Positions 1 through 12,066 of a stretch of DNA of 64,000 nucleotides are shown here, one piece after another. The number at the start of each line of letters is the position of its first letter. The first letter of the stretch is position 1. The notes under the pieces were generated by a model, which saw only the letters and a list, made by a program, of their open reading frames with translations, was not told where the DNA came from and did not search any database. A program made the position numbers and the translations under genes. This stretch comes from Tubiluchus corallicola (Eukaryota; Animalia; Priapulida), in contig JAQGDQ010000259.1 in NCBI GenBank assembly GCA_030141605.1, forward strand, positions 124,001 through 188,000, read 5' to 3'.

Positions 1-63
1 ATTTCTAATGTGGATGTGGCACAATGTATGATTGGAAAACGTGAAATTATAATACCTTTGCAG

Positions 64-233
64 CTCAAGCTAGTAAGCTCAAACTTACCAGAAAGTTAGA
101 ACCCCGTCATCATGCTGTATATTTTAGTACTTTCTCCACTCTCTGGGAAGACCATGGTATCGTAAATATGTATTTCCAAGACTCACTATATGCGGAGCCC
201 ACTAAAGTACCACAGAAGATAACCATTTCATAA
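64..233 (+). CDS. Probable terminal coding exon of an unidentified plus-strand gene entering from the left of the window
   Basis: Acceptor-like cctttgcag at 55-63, then 55 open codons in phase 1 (QASKLKLTRKLEPRHHAVYFSTFSTLWEDHGIVNMYFQDSLYAEPTKVPQKITIS) ending TAA at 231-233; AATAAA at 470-475. Protein not recognised. Confidence 0.4.
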
Positions 234-1068
234 CCAATTTACAGGAGAGCAACATTGAAAAAAGCTGACAGCATTTACATTAAACGTGTTACAATTTCTG
301 TCACTTAACTTGGCTAGCCAACTGTGCTCTGTGTTCTAGATGTTTTTGTAATCTGCATTTTATATTAAGCTACTGCTATTTCTAGTATCCTTAACGTCAC
401 ACCTTGCAAGTTAAAAAGAAATTTGATTTTGCATCTTTACAAGCCAATTTGTCTCGTATTACAAATGTAAATAAAGCGTGAATGCAGTGCCTTGATGCGA
501 GAAAACAGCCAAACTATCTAAGATGTACTCTAGTATTCTTTTAATACAAATGTGAACAAAATCAATATTATTTGTTCTTGAGTATTTAATGTTATAAATT
601 ACGATCACTAATACAACATTGCAAAAAACTGTGAAAAGTTGATCATTTTTCTGTAACAAACACTTTCTCTTCTTGGTTTATCTCTTTTGCATGTTCTAAA
701 AAGAATACTTTAGATTAGACAGTGGTATCATTACTGGAAGTTGCAAAATCTGATACTGAAAACAAATGATTAAACTGTGGTTACTGAAATACTAATTTTG
801 ACAGATACATTGTTCTAAACTAAAGCTACACTGAACCTAATGATTGAGTAACTTGGATAAATTTCTCCAACACGAAATTTCCGCATCAGCTCATGTCCCT
901 GGAAAGTTAAAGTGCTTACAAAAACTGTCCAACTTTGTAGCCACTTCCTGATGCACAGAAACACAGTTGTACACATTTCTTCATCATACTCATTTAAGAT
1001 GCACAATAATTCCAATTTGATTCAACAAACATGTATAAAACTTTCATATAATATGAAGAAATTCTATT

Positions 1069-4000
1069 CTAGTCAGTTTTTGAAAGCTTTCCCATGTCTA
1101 TATACAGTTTCCGCAATTCTACACAGAATCTATACAGAGGAAAGCCCATCACAGTATAATAGTCACCAGTAATGCTTGACACTATAGTGGCTCCTAGGCC
1201 TTGTATTCCATAGCCACCTGCCTTATCCCTGTAATAAATAAAATAGGTATAAATATCTCAAATAGACAAAAGTGATATTAGTTACAAACACTACAATATG
1301 AAGAGCACAATACAGTACTTTTGACTACATTACAAAGAATGTTTATCATATCACAATCACTCCGTATAATGGAACACGCTTAGTATAATGGAATGCACTC
1401 GTATTGATATGGAAATATAAATAGGCAGTACTACCTCGTCCTGTGCATGTGTGTGAGTTTTTAAATAATGCAAATGTGTGAGAGCAAGCAGACTACCGAA
1501 GTGCACTTGTCTCGAAAATGGTCTGAACGGTGCAAACTTGTACAAGCTACAAACTTGCATTAACCAACAAAACGAGGAGCAACCTGCTGTACATGATGTT
1601 GATGATGATGAACATCATGATGTAGTTGAGCCTAATTATATAATGCCAAGTTAAAATGTGACTTCCACATATTTGTTGGATGAGTGTATCCTTGAACTTC
1701 CATTTTAGATGCTATTCTTATAATAATCGCAAAATCTTTCCGAAATACATGTTCCACAAAGTTTTCTGCAAGAAACATCGTAAAATCTGGTAACCAACAC
1801 ATGCAGTGTATTTTAAGGTATTTGCTGCAACTGTTACTTTACAGTTGCTAAGGTAAACAATTTTCACACTATCATCATAGCAACTGTTGCTTCACCTGCA
1901 TTTTAAAACATGTTGTCAGTTAATGTAATGCTCACAGCCAAGGTTTCCCAAACTATTTTCCAAATCTGACCTTGTTATCAATGCCGTTGCTAACGTAAAC
2001 AGTAATCGTGCCAACGAGTTTGTGTGAATAACGTTTTACATTAGGAGCCATACATGATGGCATTTGGCGCTCATGAAAACGCCTACAGTGACACGGTTGC
2101 TAACGCTAACCTACATGGGACGTTTGCATTTGCCAAAATAAGTACCACCTTTGTGCACAAGTACCTTGCTTGAGTACCTGTTCTCATGTAAAGGAGACAA
2201 GGATTATTCAGTGCATAAACTGGAAAGATTTAAGCTGGTAAAATTAAAATAAGCTGCTTTAAAGGTAGGATGTTAACATATTTTTAGCTATAATCGAATG
2301 GGTGAATTTTATCACCAATAATTGTCCAACAAAAAATGATGCAATATAGTATTTTGATAATCACCGTGGTTATTTTTGCGGCCCTATTGTAAGTTGCATA
2401 ATGTTGGAATGTAGCGAAATTAAACAATGTTTTATTTGAACATCAATATATTCAAGCAAAATGGCTTTTCGGGTGTGGCTTCACAAAATGCCCCATGCTC
2501 AACTACTGCCACACTCTCTATAACCACTGATGCAGCAATGTTATGTAACAATGTCAAGAGTTTTATACTGTATAGATAAAAACTTATAATAGAAGAAAAA
2601 ACTAGCCTAGGAAAAATAAATAGGGTTTCAATAAATATGTTTTAAGCTATCCTGAGATGGGACAGTTCTTAGAGTAGTACACCATGATGGGTCAAAAATT
2701 TTTCCTGAACAATGCAGATGATTACAATGGTCCGTAGCATAATGCTAAACAAAGTAAACATTCTGTACCTATATTGTTACAACATATATAGGGTCCCAGA
2801 TAGGGGACGTACCAGTACTGAGCTATCCTATGGCAAAGGCCATCATATAAAAACATAATCTAGAGATGTGTAGAAAATAAAAAATTACAATTAGAGATGA
2901 TGCCAATATGTGAAATTTTCGGCTTTGGCCCGAGGACTGGACTAACTGTATCATAAAGCCAAATCAAACACTAACTAAATGTTCATACTTATTATCCTAT
3001 GAAACGATAGTAACCACCATTTATTGATAACAGAAGTATGTTGCACATAAAAAATAATTTGTATGTTGCATTAATGAAATTATAATTAACAACATATGAC
3101 AACAGGAGAAATGCCTTGCAGAGTTATTGGCTTTATCCACAGGAACACACACACATATTCTGCAATTACTTACACACGGCTGCAATCTGCTAAAAAAATC
3201 TTGGAATAACACTGCCCTTCTTGACATAGTCTCTTGTTTTCTTTCAAAAGACTACTAAGTAAATTAAAAAAATATTCTGCCCACTTACATAGGTTCACCT
3301 GTCTCTATGTAACTCTTTATTATACTTGGCGACAGCTCTCCCAAATATACATCAGTAGATTCGTGGAAGGTATGAGTATGGAACAAATGAGGAAAATCTA
3401 AAACGAAATTATGTACAGCAGGGAGATAATTTTTAAAGGAAAGCATAGATATAATTGATTCAAAATCCCATGCTAAAAGATGCCTCAAGACAACCAGCTG
3501 TGGTGGATCGAAATGCTGTGCTTTTGTTTTTGCTTTCCGTGTCTGTTAATACACTGGATGTACTGGTTATTAAACATGTAATTAAGGGTCATCCTTATAT
3601 AACGATATTAAGTTTAAGGTAGGTAGGTGATTTACTCATGACATCTTATGGCACACAGCTGTGAGGAGGAGGAATCTGCAGAATGGGTCAATGAGAATGA
3701 GTTCAGTAAATTGGGGCTGCCACTGCCTCCGTCACTGATACAAGAAGCATCAACTGATGGTTTGGCGTTAACTAACACAAGTGATGTTGTTGCCTGTCTT
3801 TGGGAAGAGGCAGAACAAACTGTACAAAAGCTACATTGGTGTGATATAAATATAAGTGGTAGGTAGGTGGTGGGGCATATGATAACGCCACTATAATGCG
3901 TAAGGTTCTCGGAATTGACCGAAAACTTGATATCATTATATGTGGATGGCCCCTTGAAAAGCTTGAATGATAAACTAGTTAACAGACTGTGTGCCAGTGA

Positions 4001-7000
4001 CTATTGCACATGCAACTGCAATAACATTAGGAAAATTACAAATGTAAGAAAAATAACAGAGAAGCCCCTTACAAATGCAATGATTAATTAGTGTTAAGTT
4101 CACCTGGTTTATGCATTATCAGAGCGACACCCGTGTGCACAAGATGACCTTTTCCACTGAGCCTGAAATAACATTAAAATACAGTAGCAGTTGAAAGGAG
4201 AATACTGTTGAGTTAGTTTTGATAACCACATTAAAGTTTTCACTTGGCATTTCCACTTTTATAACAAACAAACAAACTATTTTTGCTGTAATAAATTAAA
4301 GTTCAAGACAATTGAGACAATATGCAACAAGACATTTATAACTGAAAATGTGTAAAAAAGTATGCGTGTGGCATTGAGCTCCAGCCGAGCCAAGACAGAA
4401 TTCTGATATTTTTTACCAATAAATGGTCTAAAAATCTGTGAAGTGCAACACTTTTTATGTGCACACCGTATGCTGAAATCTAGGATTCCACTAGACGGTC
4501 TACTTAATATTCATACTTGTGGCAACACTAGAGCCGGGCCTATTATCAGTCCTTGATCAAAATGAGCCACTTCGTGGGCAGCGGTATCTTAGCAACCGTA
4601 TGACGAATGATCGGTTAGCACAGAGAGAATTCAGTATAGCTATTGCAACCAAAAATCATGTGTGTTACATCTCTCAAACCATAAAAAATACAGTGCAACA
4701 ATACATACTTACAAAAATTTAATTTTAGCTAACTATGTGCTACTTGTTGCTACTGATAGTTGGAGACTACACATAGCTAAATTGAATATTTATGCACCAA
4801 CAGTAGGTTGTAGATGATGTTTAGAGTATCTACAGTTGATAACTGAAAAAAACTGACAACTGTCAAATCGCTGTTTTCAACAGTAACTGGTAAAATGCAA
4901 GTTTTCTCTGTTTTTCTCACTTACGTGATTCAATTTTTGCTGTACATTTTACATTTTTAACCCATTGTCAAACAAGTCAATGGCTAGAGTACGCACTTTG
5001 TTAACATGTTAAATGCATCTTCTTTGTTCTTTGGTTTCCCATATATTATGTTATCCAGAGAAACAACAGTATCTGCCCCAATAACTAAATCAGGTTCTCT
5101 CTATAAAAGAAAAGCAGAATGCACACATAGTGAATTATACATGCTCTAATAAGCATGAAAATAAAGTATATGATACTTTACAAAAAGAAATCATGAGCCA
5201 ATAAAAATGCTTATGCATGCATCAGATTTTGTAGACTGAATATTTGCGCAAAAAATGTCAGATTTTTTTTGCATCAAGAGAAAGTAAATGTTGCATGTCG
5301 CAAAAAACCAGGGTTGCTAGTGGAAGCTAGGAAGTTTTAAATATCAATGCAAAAAGCAAGTTATTTTGAAAGATTTACAAAAATCTGTTTACCTGTACTT
5401 CTAGTTTACCCTGTTAAATCTATATACAAAATTCTTGATTCTACAGCATTTTGAAAAGGCTTAGTTTTTTCTGTCCAGCCTGTACATAAAAATCCAATTA
5501 GTTCAATTAACATGTCTTACTTTATACCACCTAGAAATTCAAAGTTTTATGATGCTGCATATATATGACAGAATAATAAAAGGTAGTATACCTTGTCATC
5601 AGACAACTTTGTAGCAACATCCAGTGCTTTCTTTCTAGCAGTCTCTACAGCATATTCGAAGGGATGCTCAAAATGTGACTGGTCCAGATTCTCTTCAAAC
5701 GTTGAAGCAAGTACCTCAAATGGAAAATTCTGAAAACAAGAACGAAAACAGTCAACTTATCGCTACACGAAAACTGCTACTATATAAATTTTACATGCAC
5801 ACTTTTTAATTCTTACTCTTACTTAATTTTTTCAGGTGCAAATGCATAAGATTAACAGATTTTTGAAAAAAGAGCACGAGTTTGATAACATTAAATTGGG
5901 CTCATTTTTGAAACATAATCTCTTTTGTTAGTGCCATGTGGTGAACTCGAAGAATAAGTACTACACAACTGGTACGCAAGAACAATTAAATACGATTCAC
6001 AGCTAATGACGTTTTTCACACTCAGAAACACCACAGCACCATATAAGATTACGGGTTTAAAAAGTTAATCATTTAAAGCAAGAAACAGTTTAAAGCTTGA
6101 ACAGTATAGTTTAACATAAGATAGTAGCATCATATGAATAATATTGTAATGAATAATTTACTATTATGTTGACAATGTATGAATTTTTGCAAGTGTCTCT
6201 TTATAATGATAAATGAAATGCTTAGTTAGAACCTTGATACAATTAGGCACAATTTATGTTTGTAATGGGGTTTCTTTAGCTGTCTGCTAACAATTTAATT
6301 ATCATTATTAACAAGCTTTTTTAACACTCGTCGTACATTTTTCAGTGTATCATATCAACGATGCTCAGAAGTCATCACAAAACCAAAGTAGTGGTACTAT
6401 TTGAATACAGTAATTTGACTTGCAGCAACTGCTTTTTTAAAAAATAAAAAAATAATTATAGTGGTAGCACCACTACTTTTCAGGAGAGTAATTGTATACA
6501 CGTGTAGTGATACTGTTTTAAAATTAAATGACCTAACACTTGTGAGTTTTAAAGCAGCAGTCTTGCAAGCTTAAGATGGTAACATTAAAGTTGATATAAA
6601 CAGGGATGCCCAAACTGGGCAGAGATTAATAATAATAAGTAAAGTTTACGTTATAAGTTGGAAGTAACTAATATGATGAAGGGGAATGCTGTCAGCTGGG
6701 GTCAACAGCCCTTGACTTTTCAAAATGGGGCCAAATCTGCACTAAAGTGTTTTTTGTATTATTACCTACAATAAATACTGCCCAAGACAATTGACGTGTT
6801 GACATCATTTACATGTTTTGTATTATTATAATGCAGAAAAGGAACTACAAATTTCATTCAGCAGACGATAATGTAAATGCATGTACTTGCGCAACAGAAA
6901 TCTTCATAATCAATACACTAACATCACAGTCTACCCATTTACATTGCTCTTTTTAATTGGTTTATTCCAGTAGCTTCACTACTACACTGCTTGCCTTTGG

Positions 7001-7545
7001 TTGGACCTCTATTGTGGAATTTCTACTGTCGCATGTGTGACTTGCAACTCTGCTGCTCAAAAAATGGCAGACGAAACCAGTCTACCAGCACTCATTAACA
7101 TCTTTTTAAGTAAGTTTTACATATGTTCATTGACTTTTAAAGAAGACTCACTGACTTACAGAATGATATACTCTTAACTTTCTTGTGCCACAGACACAGT
7201 CATCATTTACAACTGCAGGTATTAAAAATTATTAATGTCAATAATGCAAAACCGCATTGCAAAATAAACACTGCTAGTGCTATCGCACTGATAGTTGCCA
7301 TGATGAAATTTCAAAATTAATGATTATCTTTGTAATTATTTATAGTTGCTGTCTATTTGCAAACAGGCTGAGCCTATAAGATGAGCGTGTAACTTCTAAA
7401 CCAAGCATATGGAAGTTGATCGCATTATTTCCAACTTTATTTTTATGTCTCTTACCACATTATCCAAGATCTGCTTTCTTCTCGGTGACTGACTAGCTAA
7501 GACAATTCTTTGACTTTTCAGTAATGGTAATAATGGTTCCAGCAT
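1069..7545 (-). CDS. ASMTL: Maf/YhdE-family dTTP/UTP pyrophosphatase (ASMTL N-terminal-domain homolog, no methyltransferase domain), 6 exons, 219 aa
   Basis: Exons 7456-7545 ([30 protein letters not shown]), 5592-5729 ([39 protein letters not shown]..), 4997-5100 ([34 protein letters not shown]), 4104-4162 ([14 protein letters not shown]..), 3289-3397 (..[27 protein letters not shown]), 1069-1228 ([34 protein letters not shown]). All introns are GT-AG with compatible phases. Maf motifs LASxSPRR, GADT, GKP and DKAGGYGIQ are present. Confidence 0.93.
3585..3954. mobile_element. PIF/Harbinger-like MITE carrying an internal inserted segment
   Basis: Imperfect TIRs agggtcatccttatataacgatat / atatcattatatgtggatggcccct; flanks tta / tga; internal direct repeat ggtaggtaggtg at 3618 and 3858. 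Confidence 0.55.
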
Positions 7546-10500
7546 TGTTGTTGCTCTTTATTTTTACAAAAGAAATATTTTTATATACTAGCAGGTGTCC
7601 TAGTAGCTGATAATCGTGTGATATACAATTACAAATTACAGTCTTAAGCATTAAATTGCAAAAAACTCTTAACCGCACTCAGTTCACTCACTGAGTGAGC
7701 TACATAAACGGTCCACACAGTTGTACTGCGTAATACAGTAAAGTTAGAAAATGAAACTTATTCACCAAACTTTATCAATATGCATAATTAATAACTAAAA
7801 CTTTGTTCGTGTATAATAGTAGACTAGACATCGCACACGTGAAACGTCCATTGAAAAATTATCACCTCCTGCCATCTAGTGTGGCTACCTGAAATTACCA
7901 CCAAATTTAGTTTAGTTCATCCTATTTGCCTTAATATTACGTAAACGTAATAATACATTTATTACAATAAAATTATAAATGAAACAAACGTGTAAATAAT
8001 AAATGTTTGATAAATATATTTTCGGGACTGTCTAAAAAACGAACTTACAGAGGTCAGGTCCAGAAGCAAATGCAAGTGCAGACAAAGACCCTATACTAGT
8101 TCAGCAACACCTCCATTAGCTAATTTAACGCATTTTGTACTGTAGGGTAGCATAACCTTTTAGGGTTTACAAAAGCAACAGTAATAATTAATACAGAACA
8201 TCATATTATATCAAAGTAGTGCTTCCGTGCTTCCACAGTAACCACTCTACCAAATAGCAGGCACTCAAATAATTTAAGTGCAAGATACAAAACACTGAAT
8301 CACATTTGAAATTGATCAATTCACTATATTTGACACTTATTGAAATCTGAGTTTATTGGATTTCGTTTTTGTAGTTGAGCTGCTGAAGTCTGTAAGGACG
8401 TATAAAAGTTTACAAAAGTCTTCGATGCTTAGCAACGAGGTCTTGAGCATCCTGCACAGCCTGTAATCTCGAGGGATCTTCATGGTAGAAACAGATTGAA
8501 CTGAATTATCTGAATAGCCTGAAAGACAAAATGGCGGCTAAGCTCATCTACAAAACACCCCATTGATTGGTATTCAAAAGACAAGCTTGCGAGGCATCTG
8601 CAAGATGTGTTGGGGCGTTGTGTTCGAGCCTGATCTCCACACACTGCTCTTGATTGCAGGCACGGAAACACTCATACTTTCACATTAATAATTATTGAGG
8701 GCATGATAGATTCTCTATTGATTCAGTAGAGCTTTAATGTAGTAAATCGTTCAGTACTAATGCTTCTTGTTTTTGTCCCACCACCAGCAAAACTTGTAGA
8801 GAGAATTAGACTTTACAGCCATTGAGAAGAACGCACTATAACCCAAAGGTCTTTAATGGGCCATGAAACTCAAAATTTTGAAAAATGAAGTTTTTGTTGA
8901 TAGCTTAGACAGAATTTTGTACAAAATCTGCAGTCTGCAAAATCAATTGACTATGGCTGTACAAAAAAAGCTAACAGCAAAATATGGAGGTGAAGAGAGG
9001 GTCTTCCGAATCAATTTCTTCTATGTGAGCCTGGCTGGCAATCAACAAAAATTTCAAACAATATTTTCAACTGTTCAGTACCATATATTTACAGTTTCAT
9101 TTTGTATAACTCTTAAATATAAATTCAGCTCAGCAATACGTAGTGTATAAGCTCATTAGAAGTTAACCATTGTAATACAATACAGCTTAGCTTCAACTTG
9201 CATTACAAGCCTATTTTATATCTATCGCTGCATGCACATCTTGACAGAGCCACAAAACCATATCTATGTGTTATAATTCATAATATTTACAAAATAAAAA
9301 TCAAATTTAGAGACTGAAAAGCATGGTTATTAGAGCTAACTAGCACTTCATTTCAGGAGTCTCACATAATAATACAATGTCAAAAACAACTCCTTAGAGT
9401 AATATCTACAATACTGATATATAGTATAAGATTTACTACTCTACATTGGTCTATAGAATGCATACAATTTTCTTTTGCTACTTGAGCCAAAGAAGAAAAG
9501 TCTGGTTCATTAACTACTATTTTGCTAATCTTAACACAGTTTTCAAAGTGTTAAGAATATGTCATCAAATGCTCATGCAAGTTGACAGCTGATGACAACA
9601 AATGTTTAACATTCAAAAGTATCTTGGAATAGAGCAACAATGCACATGCATACTTTATTTTCCGAAACTTCAGTAGTGTATTGTACTACAAGTTTACCCG
9701 TCTTGACATTAAACATATCACTTCTTTATTATTATTATAAATGATATTATGTAGTTCACAGAAGAAACACTGGTATAAACCTAGACGAGCAGTCACAGAG
9801 CTTTTTACGAAATTTTTTTGGAAAGATCATTCTTAGGCTTACAATGGAATTCACAAAGGTTTCATATCCGAAAAAGTTTTTAAATGTGATCCTAACTTTA
9901 CGAAAACAAAAAAGCCTACAAAGTTTCTTATGAAAATTCTTACGAATGCGTTAGTGAATATAGGCTTACAGAACATTTGTAAAATTGTTATCTTTACTAT
10001 CACAACAATCACTAAAGAAAAAAACATTTTAATAGCTCAATGTTTTGTAGAAAAATGAATAATTTTGACCACTGTAGCTCCCATTATTTGCAATTAAATT
10101 TGTGGTAGTTACATTTCATTTTTTAACAATCACGTAACATTATAATACCAATCCCAACACAAGGTAGCTGCAGTGCCTGCATGCCAAAGAAGTACTACAT
10201 AACCCACTGTTTACATTTATATTCCAAGGTACGAAATAATGCAAATGGAAAGCTTTCAAAACAAGTCACTGGAAATGTGGCACAACTACAACAATTATTC
10301 ATTCAGTTCTAATGATAACAACAATCACATCTTCGTTTTTAAATAAAGTAACATTTTTATGTACAACAACTGAACTGCAAATAAGAAAAAACAAGTCAAT
10401 AAATTTCGCTAAAGGTTAAAGACAACCACGATTATTTTAACTTCTGGTAATCACTTGCTATCAGTAAACACACTACTAAATCAGAAATCCTAATTGAAGA

Positions 10501-12066
10501 TAAGCCAAAATAAGTAAATAAATTTTGATGATTCTTCAAAGCAAGAGTTAACCTGATGACGAATCTTTTAAAGAAAGATGTAGAAAAAGTGGTAAACCAG
10601 TCAGGATTTAGCCCATGAGATCTTGGAAATAGAATTTCAGCGCATAAACACTGACTGAGAGGGTTACATAAAATGAACAGGTCTAAATTCTGTTTCAGTA
10701 TCTCTTTTTCAGCAAATAACAATTATTAGATGTCTCCAAACCCCAAGTTGCTAGATGCTTATATACGTAATAAGATTTTCGAAACATTAGTTTTAAGAAT
10801 ATGAATGCATATGTGTGTTTATGAAATGCCTCCAAACGAGTTGATGCAAAACAAACATATACTGATTGCAAAATTCTTAAGCATTACTGGCCAATGGCAT
10901 AAATTCCATAACAGACTTATTTAGTCAATTTCAATCACAACCTCAAAACTTCTGTAAAAAAAGAGATGAAATTAATGAAGAACTTCTCAGTTCCAATCCT
11001 AATGTGCAAATCTTCCTCCTACAATGACTATAGAAAACTATTAAAATCTTCCTCAGGTGGCATTTGGTGAAACAAATTCAAGGAGAATTACTCAAACAAC
11101 AGTTAACCTTTAAATAATTAAACAAAAACAAAGTAAAAGTCATTTGTATAATGTGGAATAAAAACATACAACAATAAAATTGTACCACCTTTCCCCAGCA
11201 TTATAAAACTTCGTAAACGTAACTTTAATTAAATTTATTCATACTCATTAGATTCAGACAATAAACTGAGGAATCTGATTGTCTAAAACACAGTACATAT
11301 AAGTCACATACACACACAGTCACATAAAAAAACAATAATTTTACAAAAATGACCACTAACAACAAAACAGAACTGCGTACTCTTAAAAATTTTAACTCAA
11401 CAATGTTCAACAATTCATATTGGCCATAAACTTACAACTGACGTTTGTTCTAAAACTACATCTTATACGACACTATGCCCAGCTAGGTGTGAACAACAGC
11501 TTTTATAAAAAGCAAATTCTATATTCTATCAGCAACAATATCATCTATACGATATATGCTAAATATATATATAAACACTTGTACTATCTGTCACACTGTT
11601 AACATAATACATTTGTTGCCATCTGTGTATTCCTTCGACGCAGAATGCCCACTAAACTAAACAGTTTCTGATTCAAATCATGGAATACATTGTAGCAAAC
11701 GTTACATCACAGTCGCTCACTAACAGCAATGCAGATGAAAATCCGTATGTCGGTAGGAAACACAACAACACTGAACTGTACATCAATTGCAAACACAACA
11801 CTGTGTTTTAAATGTAGGACTGTCAACACTTCCTTCTGTACATGCTTCTACACATCAGCTGACGGATTTTTCATTTCAGCTGATGATTATTTCTAGATTA
11901 ATTCCTTTATATCATACTGCCCATAAAGCAAGAAAACTGCTGGTAAATTTAATTTTTGTTACAGTCCTTGATTCACATGGTGCCACACACCTCCTTCCTA
12001 GTAGCTATTGTTTTAGTACGCATGCTTTTAATTTCCGGTACACACGCCGGTCTATCAAAGTGATTG

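Noticed and set aside
7160-7212. Cassette exon in Maf intron 1 (cag|..|gtaagt)
   Set aside because: Immediate stop codon, weak pyrimidine tract and no further support.
8395-8671. GC-richer stretch with a 63-aa ORF
   Set aside because: No recognisable motif or splice structure; probably a decayed repeat.
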